A stretch of DNA of 63,995 nt, filler included, from a bacterium (GTDB lineage: Bacteria; JBBIVP01), in NCBI GenBank assembly GCA_037439705.1. It is 7 parts of 7 records of this genome, joined end to end, with 100 filler letters (N's around TTAATTAATTAA, not from the genome) between each part and the next. Parts side by side here need not be neighbours in the genome. Positions count along the whole stretch, not along the records: positions 1 to 10,011 come from JBBIVP010000069.1; positions 10,112 to 20,118 come from JBBIVP010000070.1; 5 more parts are not named here. The stretch is one strand, 5' to 3'. Of this stretch, positions 1-11,066 are shown piece after piece (the stretch's first letter is position 1; each line of letters opens with the position of its first letter). The position numbers were made by a program, and so were the translations under genes. A model generated the notes under the pieces. The model saw only the letters and a program-made list of their open reading frames with translations. It did not search any database and was not told the origin of the DNA.

Positions 1-1746
1 ATTGTGCTTTCTGTTAAACTCTTCCTGAATTCTCCTTCTCCTGGTTGTCTCCCCGACGGCAATTTTCATGGATTCTGTAATTGTATCTGCATAAAATATC
101 ACTGTTCCATTCACATTCCTTGCAGCCCTTCCACATGTCTGAATCAAAGCAGATGCAGACCTAAGAAATCCCTCCTTATCTGCATCCAGAATTGCCACAA
201 GTGAAACTTCAGGGATATCAAGCCCTTCCCTCAAAAGATTTATACCTATGAGAACATCAAACTCACCTTTTCTCAAATCCCTTATTATGTCCATCCTTTC
301 AAGGGGTTCTATGTCAGAATGAAGGTATCTAACCCTTATTCCGAGTTCAGAATAGTATGCGGTAAGCCTTTCAGCCATTCTTTTGGTAAGGGTTGTAACC
401 AGAACCCTCTCGTTCATCTCTATCCTCTTCTTTATTTCCTGAAGCAGGTCGTCAACCTGTCCTTCTGCCTTTTTCACGATTATTACGGGGTCAAGAAGAC
501 CCGTTGGCCTTATTATCTGTTCAATTATGATCCCATTTGATTTTTCTATTTCATATTTTGCAGGGGTTGCCGAAACATATATCACCTGATTAACCCTTTC
601 TTCAAATTCTTCAAACTTTAAAGGTCTGTTGTCAAGGGCTGAAGGGAGCCTGAAACCATATTCAACAAGGGTTTCCTTTCTTGACCTGTCTCCTCTGTAC
701 ATCCCTTGAAGTTGTGGAATTGTCATGTGGCTTTCATCTATTATGAGAAGAAAGTCTTCTGAAAAATAATCAAGAAGAACTGGAGGGGGCTCACCAGGTT
801 TCCTTCCTGTAAGATGCCTTGAATAGTTCTCAATGCCATGGCAGTATCAGGTGTTTTCTAACATCTCAATGTCAAAGTTAGTTCTCGTCAAAAGCCTTTC
901 AGCCTCAAGATACTTACCCATTTTTTTCAGTTCCTTTACCCTTTCTTCAAGCTCAATTTTTATGTTCTCAATTGCTATTTTCAACCTTTCAGCTGGAGTC
1001 ACATAATGGCTTGCTGGATAAACGGTAATTTTTTCCACCTCCCTTAAAATTTTCCCCCTGAAAGGGTCTATTTCAAGAAGTTTTTCCACCTCATCTCCAA
1101 AGAACTCAATCCTGTAAGCCTTTTCCTCCTCAGAAGCAGGGAAAACATCAATTATATCCCCTCTTACCCTGAACCTGCCTCTGTAAAAATCATACTCACT
1201 TCTTTCATACTGAATCTCAGCAAGCTTTCTTATAACCCAGTTTCTATCTATTGTCTCCCCCTTTTTAAGGTGAAGGAGCATTCCATAATAAGCTTCCGGT
1301 GAACCAATTCCATAAATGCAGGAAACACTCGCTACAACTATAACATCGTTTCTTTCAAGAAGGGAGGTGGTAGCTGAATGTCTCATTCTGTCTATGTCAT
1401 CGTTTATTGTCGCTTCTTTTTCAATATAGGTATCTGTTTCTGGGATATAAGCCTCAGGCTGATAGTAATCATAATAGCTTATGAAGTATTCAACAGCATT
1501 TTCGGGAAAAAGCGCTTTGAGTTCTGTATACAGCTGGCCAGCAAGTGTCTTGTTATGGGCAATGATAAGGGTTGGCTTGTTTACATTGGCAATGACATTG
1601 GCTATGGCAAATGTTTTACCTGAACCTGTGACGCCGAGAAGGACCTGATGTTTTACCCCATTTAATATATTCTCGGTAAGTTTTTCAATAGCCTGAGGCT
1701 GGTCGCCCTTTGGTTCAAATTCTGTTACAAGTTTGAATCTTGCCAT
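1..1746 (-). CDS. uvrB: Excinuclease ABC subunit B (3' truncated by window edge; one in-frame TGA at 847-849)
   Basis: [19 protein letters not shown] and [13 protein letters not shown] motifs. The frame continues past the TGA as [12 protein letters not shown]...[11 protein letters not shown] to position 1. The TGA sits at the conserved Gly of [13 protein letters not shown]. Confidence 0.97.
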
Positions 1747-3116
1747 TATATGAATTTAGAAATTGTATAAAAAAGCCTCTGTATGAGTTCAGTTCTATTA
1801 AATGGGTAGTCCCTCCATATTCTCAATATCCTTTTCGGGTCTCCGTAAAATTTAATATACGCTCTTCTGTAAATTTTTTTAATCACATCATCCAGAAATT
1901 TCCACCTTCTGAAATAATCATACGCCTGCGGGTCTTTTTCGTGATTTTTTTCTGAGAGGGAAAACAACTCTGTTCCTTTGTGTGGAATGACAATGAAAAA
2001 CATTGCAGTATGGAGCGGTGAATTCAGAGCAAAATCAACTGTCATCTTCATTTCTTCCTCTGTTTCTGTAGGAAATCCAAGCATAAAAAAACCATTAGAA
2101 AATATGCCGAGAGAAACTGCATCCTCAATGGCTTTTTTCGCCTTATCAAGGTCAACATATTTCTTTATAAATTTTTGAAGTCTCGGAGAACCTGTCTCTA
2201 TCGCGAATGAAATAAAATATGTTCCTCCTTTTCTCATAACCTCAAGGGTATTTCTTGATAACCTGTCTGACCTCAATCCGTTCGGGAATGAAAAACGCAG
2301 TTTAAGTTTTCTTCTCATTACCTCTTCAAATATATTAACAACCCTTTCTTCGTAGAAGTTGAATATATCATCAAATACCTCAACCTCTTTAACGCCCAGT
2401 TTTTTTGTTATTTCCTCTATTTCATCCACCACATTCACTGGACTTCTCATCCTCGGCTTCTTCCCGAACATGTTGTGGCAGTATATACACCTAAAAGGGC
2501 ATGCCCTTGATGTGATTACCGCCATATAAGGAATTTTTTGACCCACCGATGTGAATCTAAATTTTTTGAAGTAATGATTTGGATTTATAATGTCCCAGGC
2601 AGGAAATGGAAGTTCATCAAGGTTCTCTACAAAATCAGGCTCTCCTGTAAAAATCATCTTTCCGTTTTCCCTCATGTAAATCCCTTTTATTTCTGAGGGC
2701 TTCTTTCCGCTTCCAAGAGACCTCACCAGCTCAAAAAATGTTTTCTCCCCTTCTCTTATAACTGCATAATCAATGTTTCTGTCGGTCATAACATCATCCG
2801 GGTATGATGTAGGATGCGGACCACCCACAACAACCGGAATATTTCTTGATACTTCCTTCACCTCTTTTGCAATGGAATGCATCTTGGGAGCCTCAACCGT
2901 TATCGCACTTATACCTACAATATCAGGCTTGAACTCCTTTATCCTTTCTTTTATTTCTCCGTCCCTTGAAAACTCAACCCTTGTATCTATTATTTTTATC
3001 TTTGCACCTTTTTCCTTTTCCCTCAAAAAACTGGTAATATACATAAGTCCAAGAGGAGGCGAAACCCCCCTGTTATAATAATGAATGTATGAAGATTTTA
3101 TCAAAAGAATCCGCAT
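1746..3116 (-). CDS. B12-binding domain radical SAM protein
   Basis: N-terminal PPLGL...PDIVGIS...VVVGGPH cobalamin-binding domain; [11 protein letters not shown] CxxxCxxC motif; FMLGFPTET. Confidence 0.92.
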   Translation of the reverse strand: MRILLIKSSYIHYYNRGVSPPLGLMYITSFLREKEKGAKIKIIDTRVEFSRDGEIKERIKEFKPDIVGISAITVEAPKMHSIAKEVKEVSRNIPVVVGGPHPTSYPDDVMTDRNIDYAVIREGEKTFFELVRSLGSGKKPSEIKGIYMRENGKMIFTGEPDFVENLDELPFPAWDIINPNHYFKKFRFTSVGQKIPYMAVITSRACPFRCIYCHNMFGKKPRMRSPVNVVDEIEEITKKLGVKEVEVFDDIFNFYEERVVNIFEEVMRRKLKLRFSFPNGLRSDRLSRNTLEVMRKGGTYFISFAIETGSPRLQKFIKKYVDLDKAKKAIEDAVSLGIFSNGFFMLGFPTETEEEMKMTVDFALNSPLHTAMFFIVIPHKGTELFSLSEKNHEKDPQAYDYFRRWKFLDDVIKKIYRRAYIKFYGDPKRILRIWRDYPFNRTELIQRLFYTISKFI

Positions 3117-3269
3117 TTTATTTTTATTTTAAGAAATATCCACGATTTTTGCAAGTTAAGAAATTTATAAGCGTAGAAAACGCCGTACACACACTCTCTC
3201 CCCAATACAACACACACACTTGACTTTTATCAACATCGTATAGAAAATTGAAAAAAAAGGAGGTGGAAG

Positions 3270-3867
3270 ATGAAAAAAGTGGTAACAAAAATAGGATTGG
3301 TGCTTTTTCTCGCAACGCCTCTTTATGCAGAAGAATATAAAGGAGAAATAGAGGTAGGAACATGGTTTGCCCCAACACCCATTTCGGTTGTGCAAATGCT
3401 CGCCGCTGAAATCGATGGAGAGGAGATCTTCACGATGTTCCTTCCAATCGGCTATAGATATAGAATATCTCCAAAGATCAGTGCAGGACTGGGAATAAAC
3501 ACAATACTCATCTATTCAGAATTAGAGTGGGATGGGGAGTTTGAAAAATCCGAATCTTTTTTGGGTCTTTCCTTTTTAGGAGGACCGATCATAAGATTAA
3601 AAACTCAAGAGGGAAGCTCTCCATTCTTTGATTTTCGAACAGGATGGGGAGTTCTGTACTACAAAGAAGAATCTGATGGAGAAAGCTATTCAGACTCATT
3701 GTTTTCTTTTGCTCTATCTCCAACGATTGNNNNNNNNNNATAACATCAAAAATATAGATATAGCAATTGGACTTTCATACACATTTTTGTATGTTGATAT
3801 TGAGGAGACTTCCTTTAAACACCATAATTTAGAAATAATGTTATCGTTTACTTTTCTCCATAGATAA
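3270..3867 (+). CDS. Exported outer-membrane beta-barrel-like protein (interrupted by 10-N scaffold gap 3730-3739)
   Basis: Strong AGGAGGT RBS; signal peptide ending PLYA; amphipathic beta-strands; C-terminal LSFTFLHR after the gap. Confidence 0.65.
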
Positions 3868-3897
3868 ATAAAGAATTTTAAATAAATGGCTCAATTT

Positions 3898-5796
3898 TTA
3901 TATCTTTTTTGCAACTTCATACCCATCCTGAATTGCATCCGGCAACTTTCTAACCTCTGAACAATCACCTATTAAAAAGACCGCTTTTTTCATTTCTTTT
4001 ATTTCCTCGTAAAGCCTTCTGTCGCTCGTATATCCTGCACATATGACCACTGAATCTGATGGAATCTCCTCTCCATTCTCAAGAAAGACAATAAATTCTC
4101 CGATTTCCTTAACCTTCTTTCCAGTAATTACTTTTACATTATACCTGTTAAATGCTGGAATGAAAAAACCAAATTTGAAAGAGTTTGAAATGTCCCTTCC
4201 CCATTTTTCCATCATTTCAACAATTGTAACCCTTTTCCCTTTTTCAGCAAGAAATACAGCAACCTCACAACCTATGCTCCCACCTCCTATAATAACCACA
4301 TCTTTACCAACCTCCGCTCTTTCAGCCAAAACATCGGTGGCTAAAAAAACATTTTTCCTGTCAATCCCTTTTATTTCAGGAATTAAAGGAACAGCTCCTG
4401 TGGAAATGACAATAACATCAGGATTTTCTTTCTGAATGAGGGAAAATGTAACCTCAACACCATTAAAAATTTTTACATTGAGCCTCCTTGCCTGTTTTTC
4501 GTAATAATCTATCACTTTTTTCATTTCTCTTTTAAAAGAAGGAATGCAAGCAAACCTTATATTTCCACCGAGCATTTCTTCCCTTTCGTAAAGCAGGAGT
4601 TCGTGCCCCTTCCTTCTCAGAAAAACTGCTGAAGAAAGTCCTGCCGGTCCACCACCAACAATCATAACTTTTTTAGGTGAAGATTTACCCATTTTCTCTC
4701 CCTCTCTTCCAACCTCGGGATTTACAGCACATTTTATTCCACCAATACCCATTGAATCTGCGCAGCAATTGCATCCGATGCAGAACCTTATCTCATCCTC
4801 TCTTCCATCCCTGAATTTATTTATTATGTCAGGGTCAGCTATTAAAGCCCTTCCAATTGAAACCATATCAGCCTTCCCTTCACGGATGATTTCTTCGGCA
4901 AGAAGTGGTGAGTTTATCCTTCCTGCAACGATAACTGGAATTTTAACGCTCTTCTTTATCCTCTCGGAGAAAGGGACATAACATCCGTTTTTTACAAACA
5001 TTGGGGGAATAACCATCCAGGCAGACGAATAACATCCACCAGAGATGTGCACCGCCGAAATCCCCTCTTTCTCAAGAAGGGAAACTATTTTTTCCGTCTC
5101 CTCAATTTTTAATCCGTCCCCCACAAACTCATCAGCTGAAACTCTAAAAAGGAAAGTAAAATCGCTTCCAGCTTTTTTTATGGCATTTCTTATGCATTCA
5201 ATTGCAAATTTTGCCCTTTTCTCATAAGTATTTCCACCCCATTCGTCTTTCCTTTTATTTGAAGAAGGTGAGAGAAACTGACAGATAAGATAACCATGAG
5301 CACCGTGAATCTCAACCGCATCAAATCCCGCATCCCTTGCTCTTCTTGCCCCCTCCCCGAACATCTCAACGAGTTCCTCAATTTCTTCTGAACTCAATTC
5401 CCTCGGCATCTCTCCCATTGGAAACCACGGAACAGGTGAAGGGGCAACGGGCTGTGCTCCTATTATCTTTGAACGGGTCTGCCTTCCAGCATGAAAAAGC
5501 TGAATTGCACACCTTGCTCCATTTTTCTTCACTCTTCTCGCCAGTTCCCTCAATTCCGGAATGAATTTATCATCCCATATTCCAAGTCCTCCAGGAAATC
5601 CTATTCCAAGAGGATGAATTGATGTGGCCTCAATAATTATGAGTCCAACCCCACCTTTTGCTCTTCTTTCGTAATAACTGATAAGCTTCTCGCTTACCGT
5701 ACCATCAGGATTTCCAAAACCCGTTGCCATAGGAGGCATTATAAGCCTGTTTTTTAACTCAAGACCCCCAACCCTTATGGGCTCAAAAATTTTCAT
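3898..5796 (-). CDS. NADH:flavin oxidoreductase (Old Yellow Enzyme/FadH/BaiCD-like, FMN + 4Fe-4S + FAD)
   Basis: LKNRLIMPPM; GFDAVEIHGAHGYLI; CIGCNCC...CAVNP Fe-S cluster; two GxGxxG Rossmann motifs. Confidence 0.93.
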   Translation of the reverse strand: MKIFEPIRVGGLELKNRLIMPPMATGFGNPDGTVSEKLISYYERRAKGGVGLIIIEATSIHPLGIGFPGGLGIWDDKFIPELRELARRVKKNGARCAIQLFHAGRQTRSKIIGAQPVAPSPVPWFPMGEMPRELSSEEIEELVEMFGEGARRARDAGFDAVEIHGAHGYLICQFLSPSSNKRKDEWGGNTYEKRAKFAIECIRNAIKKAGSDFTFLFRVSADEFVGDGLKIEETEKIVSLLEKEGISAVHISGGCYSSAWMVIPPMFVKNGCYVPFSERIKKSVKIPVIVAGRINSPLLAEEIIREGKADMVSIGRALIADPDIINKFRDGREDEIRFCIGCNCCADSMGIGGIKCAVNPEVGREGEKMGKSSPKKVMIVGGGPAGLSSAVFLRRKGHELLLYEREEMLGGNIRFACIPSFKREMKKVIDYYEKQARRLNVKIFNGVEVTFSLIQKENPDVIVISTGAVPLIPEIKGIDRKNVFLATDVLAERAEVGKDVVIIGGGSIGCEVAVFLAEKGKRVTIVEMMEKWGRDISNSFKFGFFIPAFNRYNVKVITGKKVKEIGEFIVFLENGEEIPSDSVVICAGYTSDRRLYEEIKEMKKAVFLIGDCSEVRKLPDAIQDGYEVAKKI

Positions 5797-6800
5797 TTTT
5801 TAAACCTCCCTGAAAATTCTTCTGTAATCTGAAGGTAAGTATCTCCAAATTCATAACTCTCCTCTATCTCCGTTCCCTCATGCCATTCATTGAAACTCGT
5901 TATTAATACCCAATCCGGTTCAGCAAAAATAGCCTTTTCCCACAATTCCCTGTATAGTTCTCCTTCTTTTCTGTCAATGAAAAGAGGATTTTCCCTTCCT
6001 ATATTCCTGTCATCATACCCTGGAATTACAGTGAGTGCAGAAACAATTTCATTGATTTTGCCAATTGTTGCAAACCTAAGGTATGAATTTCCTATATCTC
6101 CTCCAAAAAGGAGGTCAAAAAGTGGATTGTATATGTGAATTCCCGAAAATCCATCTTTTATGAAAGGCTTAACGAGAAGGGAAGAAAAAAAGTAAGTTGC
6201 TACATCTCCAACGAAAATCACATTTTCAAAAGAATTCGCAATTTCCTTCCATGAAACCATAGGGGATGAGAATCCAGGAAATATGGCTCTCTGGTATACA
6301 AAAATTACAGGTCTTTCCATCCATTTCAGAAAATTCTCCCTTTCAAAAAATTTAGAAAGATATTCTATGCCTTCAATTATTCCCTCAATTCCTTTTTCTG
6401 GCACCTCTTCATAATATATTGAAAGTTTTATTTTAAATTTCTTCCTTTCAGCAATTTCAAAGGACTTATTTAAAACATTATCTTCAAATGACCCCATTCC
6501 CCACCATGAAAAAATAAATCCGTCTATCCCGCACCTTTCAGCGGTTTCAAAATGCCTCTCAATCACTTCTGAGGAAGACGAGTCATAAACATCTGGATAG
6601 GGATGATGGCTTGCTCCTATATCTCTGCTTTCTCTCTCACCATCCTCCGGATTGTGCCCGCCCTCATCCCAGTGCCTCCAGAATCCACTTACATCAGGTG
6701 TTCCGTACCATGGGTAATAGAAGGCGAGAACTAAATGTTTATTATTCTTCCCTCCACATCCTATTAAAACCAATGTGAGAAATAGAAAAATTTTTTTCAT
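5793..6800 (-). CDS. GH99-like (endo-alpha-mannosidase family) lipoprotein
   Basis: Lipobox LIGC; LAFYYPWYG; GIDGFIFSWWG; PGYDD; ITSFNEWHEGTEIE catalytic segment. Confidence 0.8.
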   Translation of the reverse strand: MKKIFLFLTLVLIGCGGKNNKHLVLAFYYPWYGTPDVSGFWRHWDEGGHNPEDGERESRDIGASHHPYPDVYDSSSSEVIERHFETAERCGIDGFIFSWWGMGSFEDNVLNKSFEIAERKKFKIKLSIYYEEVPEKGIEGIIEGIEYLSKFFERENFLKWMERPVIFVYQRAIFPGFSSPMVSWKEIANSFENVIFVGDVATYFFSSLLVKPFIKDGFSGIHIYNPLFDLLFGGDIGNSYLRFATIGKINEIVSALTVIPGYDDRNIGRENPLFIDRKEGELYRELWEKAIFAEPDWVLITSFNEWHEGTEIEESYEFGDTYLQITEEFSGRFKK

Positions 6801-7327
6801 TTTGAATGGGAGAAGAACTCGTTGAGGTAATGAATGGAATATTTCGCATATCTTTTCGCATAATCCTTTATCCTTTCTATCTCATCATCTGATAACTCAT
6901 GTTTCACAACCGCTGGAGAACCCATTATGAGGGATTTTGGGGGATATTTTTTATTTGGAGGAAGAAGAGAGCCAGCAGCAACAATCGAATCTCCCCCAAC
7001 CTCAACCCCATCAAGTATTACACTTCCTATTCCTATGAGGCATCCATCTTTTACAGTGCATCCGTGAAGGACGCATCTGTGCCCAACAGTTACACCATTC
7101 CCTATTATCAGTGGATTTGTGCCCTCTGTCACATGGAGGACTGAAAGGTCCTGAATGTTTGTTCTCTCACCGATTCTTATAAAATTTACATCCCCCCTAA
7201 CCACGCATCCAAACCATATGCTTGAATTATCCCCTATGACTACATCCCCAATTATAATGGCATTTTCTGCTATAAAAACATTTTTACCAATCAAAGGATA
7301 TTTATCATTAAATGGAAGAACTGGCAT
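6797..7327 (-). CDS. Gamma-class carbonic anhydrase family protein (YrdA/PaaY-like)
   Basis: Hexapeptide repeats; VRGDVNFIRIGERTNIQD; VTVGHRCVLHGC. Confidence 0.93.
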   Translation of the reverse strand: MPVLPFNDKYPLIGKNVFIAENAIIIGDVVIGDNSSIWFGCVVRGDVNFIRIGERTNIQDLSVLHVTEGTNPLIIGNGVTVGHRCVLHGCTVKDGCLIGIGSVILDGVEVGGDSIVAAGSLLPPNKKYPPKSLIMGSPAVVKHELSDDEIERIKDYAKRYAKYSIHYLNEFFSHSK

Positions 7328-8424
7328 TTTGCCCTCCTGTAAATATTCTTTTTACCCTGCTTGTCAAAAGACAGAGAACCTCGTACGGAATGGTTGATGA
7401 AAAAACTGCAAGTTCTTCTGCTGATATACTTCTTCCATTCTGCTCGCCTATTATGACCACCTCATCTCCCAATTTTGCTTCTGTAACATCGGTAACATCT
7501 ATGGCTGTCAAATACATACAAACTGTTCCAATTATAGGAGATAGTTTTCCATTCACAATAACAGACCCCTTGTTTGAATTGGCACGCAAAAATCCATCCC
7601 CGTATCCAACAGGAATAATTGCAACCCTGCTCTTTCTTTTCAATATGTATGTGTGACCATATCCTATTCCGTATCCTTTCGGGAGCTCTTTTATTGAGTG
7701 AATTCTTGTTTTTAGTGATAGAACCGGTTTTAAAGGGATCTTCAACCTGCAATCCCGGGAAGGGTATATTCCATAAAGGGCAATTCCACACCTCACCATA
7801 TCAAGGTGTGAGGGAGGAAGGAGAATCGTGCCGGCACTATTTGCAATGTGCCTTATTCCCTTGAAATCTGTATCCCTGATGCATTTTTTGAAAAGCATTA
7901 ACTGATGTTTTATAAATTCCATATCCTTCAAATCAGCATAGGCGAAGTGAGACATAATTCCTTCAAGCAGGATGAACCTGTAATCTCTTATTTTCTCCAT
8001 GAGGCTTCTGAAATCCTCTGGCAGAAACCCGAGTCTCCCCATCCCTGTATCTATCTTTATTTGAATCAAAGCCTTCTTTCCCCTCTTTTTTCCTGCTTCA
8101 TTCATCCTTTCAATTCCCTCCAACAGCCCTCAAATTGTGATTAACAAGAAAATCTTCCTCTCCGGGAAATACACCATTGAGAACAAGAATTTTTTCATTT
8201 ATTCCGCTCTTTATCAGAATATCAGCTTCTCCCGCTGTTGCAACCCCGAACCATCTCGCTCCTTTTTCTGAGAGAACCTTTGATACCTCAATCAATCCAT
8301 GACCGTAGGCATTCGCCTTAACCACGCACAAAACCTCTCCACCCTTTGCTTTCTTTTTTATTTCATAAAAATTGTGAATCAGGTTATCAAGGTTTATGTA
8401 AGCAACAGTTGGTCTATTATCCAT
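7308..8424 (-). CDS. alr: Alanine racemase, split by a frameshifting small deletion near 8120-8128
   Basis: VVKANAYGHG PLP-Lys motif in ORF 8110-8424; KIDTGMGRLG, MSHFA, ANSA and VGYGDG in ORF 7308-8123. Confidence 0.93.
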
Positions 8425-8460
8425 AGGCTTTATTATTTCAAATCTGGATTTTTGAGCAAG

Positions 8461-9201
8461 TTATCTGGTGGAAGTTCCCTTCTTTGCAAGGGCTACAAAA
8501 CCCAATGAGAATTTTCCATTTAGTTTTTTATTTATGATATCGCACACAATTTCAAAAGGAAGTGCAGAAATAACCAGCAATGCATTAATAAGATATCCTA
8601 ATACTTTTACAACAGGAAAGGATGTAGCGGATAACAGAAAAGCTGAGAGCGTGGATGTGAAAAGAGTGAGTAAAGTTCCGAAAGGATAAATTTTTACTAC
8701 TTCAAATCCTCCTTTCTCTAAAAGATATTTCAATCCAAAGGCGGTCCATCTGTGATAATCAAAGGGCTCCCCATGCTGGTAGAAAAAAAGCGGAACACCA
8801 ATTATTATCTCACCTTCTTCGGTCAGGACCCTTCTTATTTCTTTCAAAATGAGAAAGGGTTCATCAACATGCTCAAGAACGAACCAGCAAAACACACAAT
8901 CTATGGAAAGGTCCTTAAATGGTAGGTATTTACCATCTGAAACTACATCAAGTCCCATATGATATGTCACATCAAGGGAAATATATTCTGAGCAATACCC
9001 TTTTAGAACCCCACGAAAAACTGATAAACCAGCCCCGAGGTCAAGAATTTTTTGAATTTTTTTTCCGGTAAAACAATTTTTCACAATCTTCCAAGATAAT
9101 AAATATGAGGATGAAATCGTCCAGTAAATTTTTGAAGAGGAATATTCGCTCAGAAGAGCATACCACTTATTTTTTAAATAATTGAAAAATTTTGAAATCA
9201 T
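8461..9201 (-). CDS. Class I SAM-dependent methyltransferase (polysaccharide-locus type)
   Basis: ILDLGAG motif I; VLEHV; EIRRVL; HGEPFDYHRWT. Confidence 0.85.
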   Translation of the reverse strand: MISKFFNYLKNKWYALLSEYSSSKIYWTISSSYLLSWKIVKNCFTGKKIQKILDLGAGLSVFRGVLKGYCSEYISLDVTYHMGLDVVSDGKYLPFKDLSIDCVFCWFVLEHVDEPFLILKEIRRVLTEEGEIIIGVPLFFYQHGEPFDYHRWTAFGLKYLLEKGGFEVVKIYPFGTLLTLFTSTLSAFLLSATSFPVVKVLGYLINALLVISALPFEIVCDIINKKLNGKFSLGFVALAKKGTSTR

Positions 9202-10011
9202 TTAGCCAGCCCCTTTTTATGGATAAAATCTATTATCTCCTCCGTTATCCTGTCCCAGCCCATATTCTCAACCGATTTTCTTGCTTCTTTTCCCATTTCA
9301 GAAATGATTTCAGGCTTTTCAAGAAATTTTTTCATAGCCTCTACTAAATGAAGATAATTTTTTTGTTCAACTATAAAACCATTTAATCCATCTTTGATAA
9401 ATTCAACACAACCCTTTAAAGGGGTAACAATAGTGGGGAGGCCCGAGGCAAGAGCTTCAAGAAGCACATTTGGACTTCCTTCGTCTACGGAAGGAAAAAC
9501 GAAAACATCCGCATTTCTGTATAGCGTGGGAATTTCCTCTCTATTTACCCACCCCTTAAATTCAACATATTCTTCCAATCCCCACTTCTTCACCATTTCC
9601 TGAATCTCCCTCTTCAACGAACCATCTCCTGCTAAAATCAACCTGAATTTTTTATTATTTTTTAATTCCCTTGCCGCTGATATTAGAAAATGTAGACCCT
9701 TTTGTGATGTAAACCTTCCTACAAATAGAAATTTTATCAGTTGTTCTGGTTTTTTCACCACGGGGTAATAGGTTTCTAAATCTATTCCATTTGGAACAAC
9801 CTCTATATCCATTTCTCCCAAATATCTTTTTACCAGTTCTTTTAAATTTTCACTTACAGAAAGAATACCGGAAGCATTTCTAAAAATTATTTTCTGAACG
9901 GGGAGTGTGATTTTGTGATAAAATTTAAGTTCATCGCTAAAAAAACCAGGGACATCTCCTCCCCTTAAATAGATGATATATGGAATGGAGAAGAACTTTT
10001 TTAAAAAACAT
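9198..10011 (-). CDS. Glycosyltransferase family 4 (5' truncated at contig end)
   Basis: Frame open from the contig edge (LRGGDVPG); VVPNGID; FVGRF..QKG; FVFPSVDEGSPNVLLEALASGLP. Confidence 0.92.
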
Positions 10012-10111
10012 NNNNNNNNNNNNNNNNNNNNNNNNNNNNNNNNNNNNNNNNNNNNTTAATTAATTAANNNNNNNNNNNNNNNNNNNNNNNNNNNNNNNNN
10101 NNNNNNNNNNN
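10012..10111. other. Artificial contig-joining spacer (N44-TTAATTAATTAA-N44)
   Basis: Six-frame stop linker flanked by Ns; identical 100-nt spacer recurs six times; flanking genes are truncated. Confidence 0.98.
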
Positions 10112-11057
10112 GGTCTACGATGTTGTATGCGCAATAGTATGGGTATAGGACGATGAAGGAGATGCACAGATTGGTCTTGGTGGAATACTTCTTCCGGAAG
10201 TATTTTCCCTCGCTCATTTCGGTCCCGACTTCAGCGGAAGAGGAGGTGGACTTGGATTGATGGGTGGAGGCGGTGGTTCAACAGGAGGTGCTTCCTTTCA
10301 GGCAATGTCTTACCTTGCAAAGTCTGGAGGAGGAATTGAACACATTGATATGGCGGCTGCTCTTGCTAGGTCAAATGCAGCAAAGAATCCATACGCCCAT
10401 CTTCAGATTCCTGATTGCAAACCAGAAGATATAGCAAAAACACCAATAATTTCCTATCCATTGAGATACGGTCATACCTGCCCTACTTCCTGTGGAGCCT
10501 GCGCTGTAATAATAGTTGCTGAAGAGAAGGTAAAAAAATATGCTGAAACGGACAGGGTTGCATGGGTTAAAGGTGTTGCCTGCGGAAGCTCCGATGCAAC
10601 CATAGGAAATGTTCACGACGGACAGATTACAGACCCCGCTGACCAGGAAATATGCAAAATTGTTGCGAGGAGGGCTTACAAGAAGGCAGGGATAAAGAAT
10701 CCCAGAAAGGAAATTCAGGTTGCTGAGGTCTATGACGGATTTGCCCATCAGATTCTTATGTGGCCGGAAAAATTGCTTCTCGTAGACGATGGTGCCTCAC
10801 CAAAACTCATTGAAAAAGGATATTACAACATTGACGGAGAACTTCCCGTTAATCCATCAGGAGGAGTGACGAGCACAAATGCCATAGGTGCATCAGCGCT
10901 TGTAAGGGTGGCAGAGGCAGCGCTTCAGGTAATGGGCATTGCAGAAGGAGGGCATCAGGTTCCCAGAAGGTTTAAGAATGCAGTTGCTCATGGATGGGGC
11001 GGATTGTTTCAGTTTAACACCGTGACGGTTCTTGGGGATAGCCCAGTTAAAAAATAG
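10112..11057 (+). CDS. SCP-x/Ltp3-like thiolase-fold protein (5' truncated; in-frame TAG at 10146-10148)
   Basis: TCPTSCGACAVI; IQVAEVYD; LPVNPSGGVTSTNAIGASALVRVAEAALQVMG...HGWGG resembles actinobacterial Ltp3. Confidence 0.85.
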
Positions 11058-11066
11058 GAGGAAAAA

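Noticed and set aside
847-849. TGA=Gly recoding (genetic code 25) suggested by the uvrB TGA at a conserved Gly
   Set aside because: The infB TGA aligns to Arg, TAA and TAG interruptions also occur, TGA terminates glnA, frr and ruvB at their normal ends, and most long genes have no internal TGA.
3186-3219. CA/CT-rich tract (TACACACACTCTCTCCCCAATACAACACACACAC) upstream of the barrel gene as a phase-variable microsatellite
   Set aside because: Runs are short and imperfect, and may reflect low-quality sequence; no supportable function.
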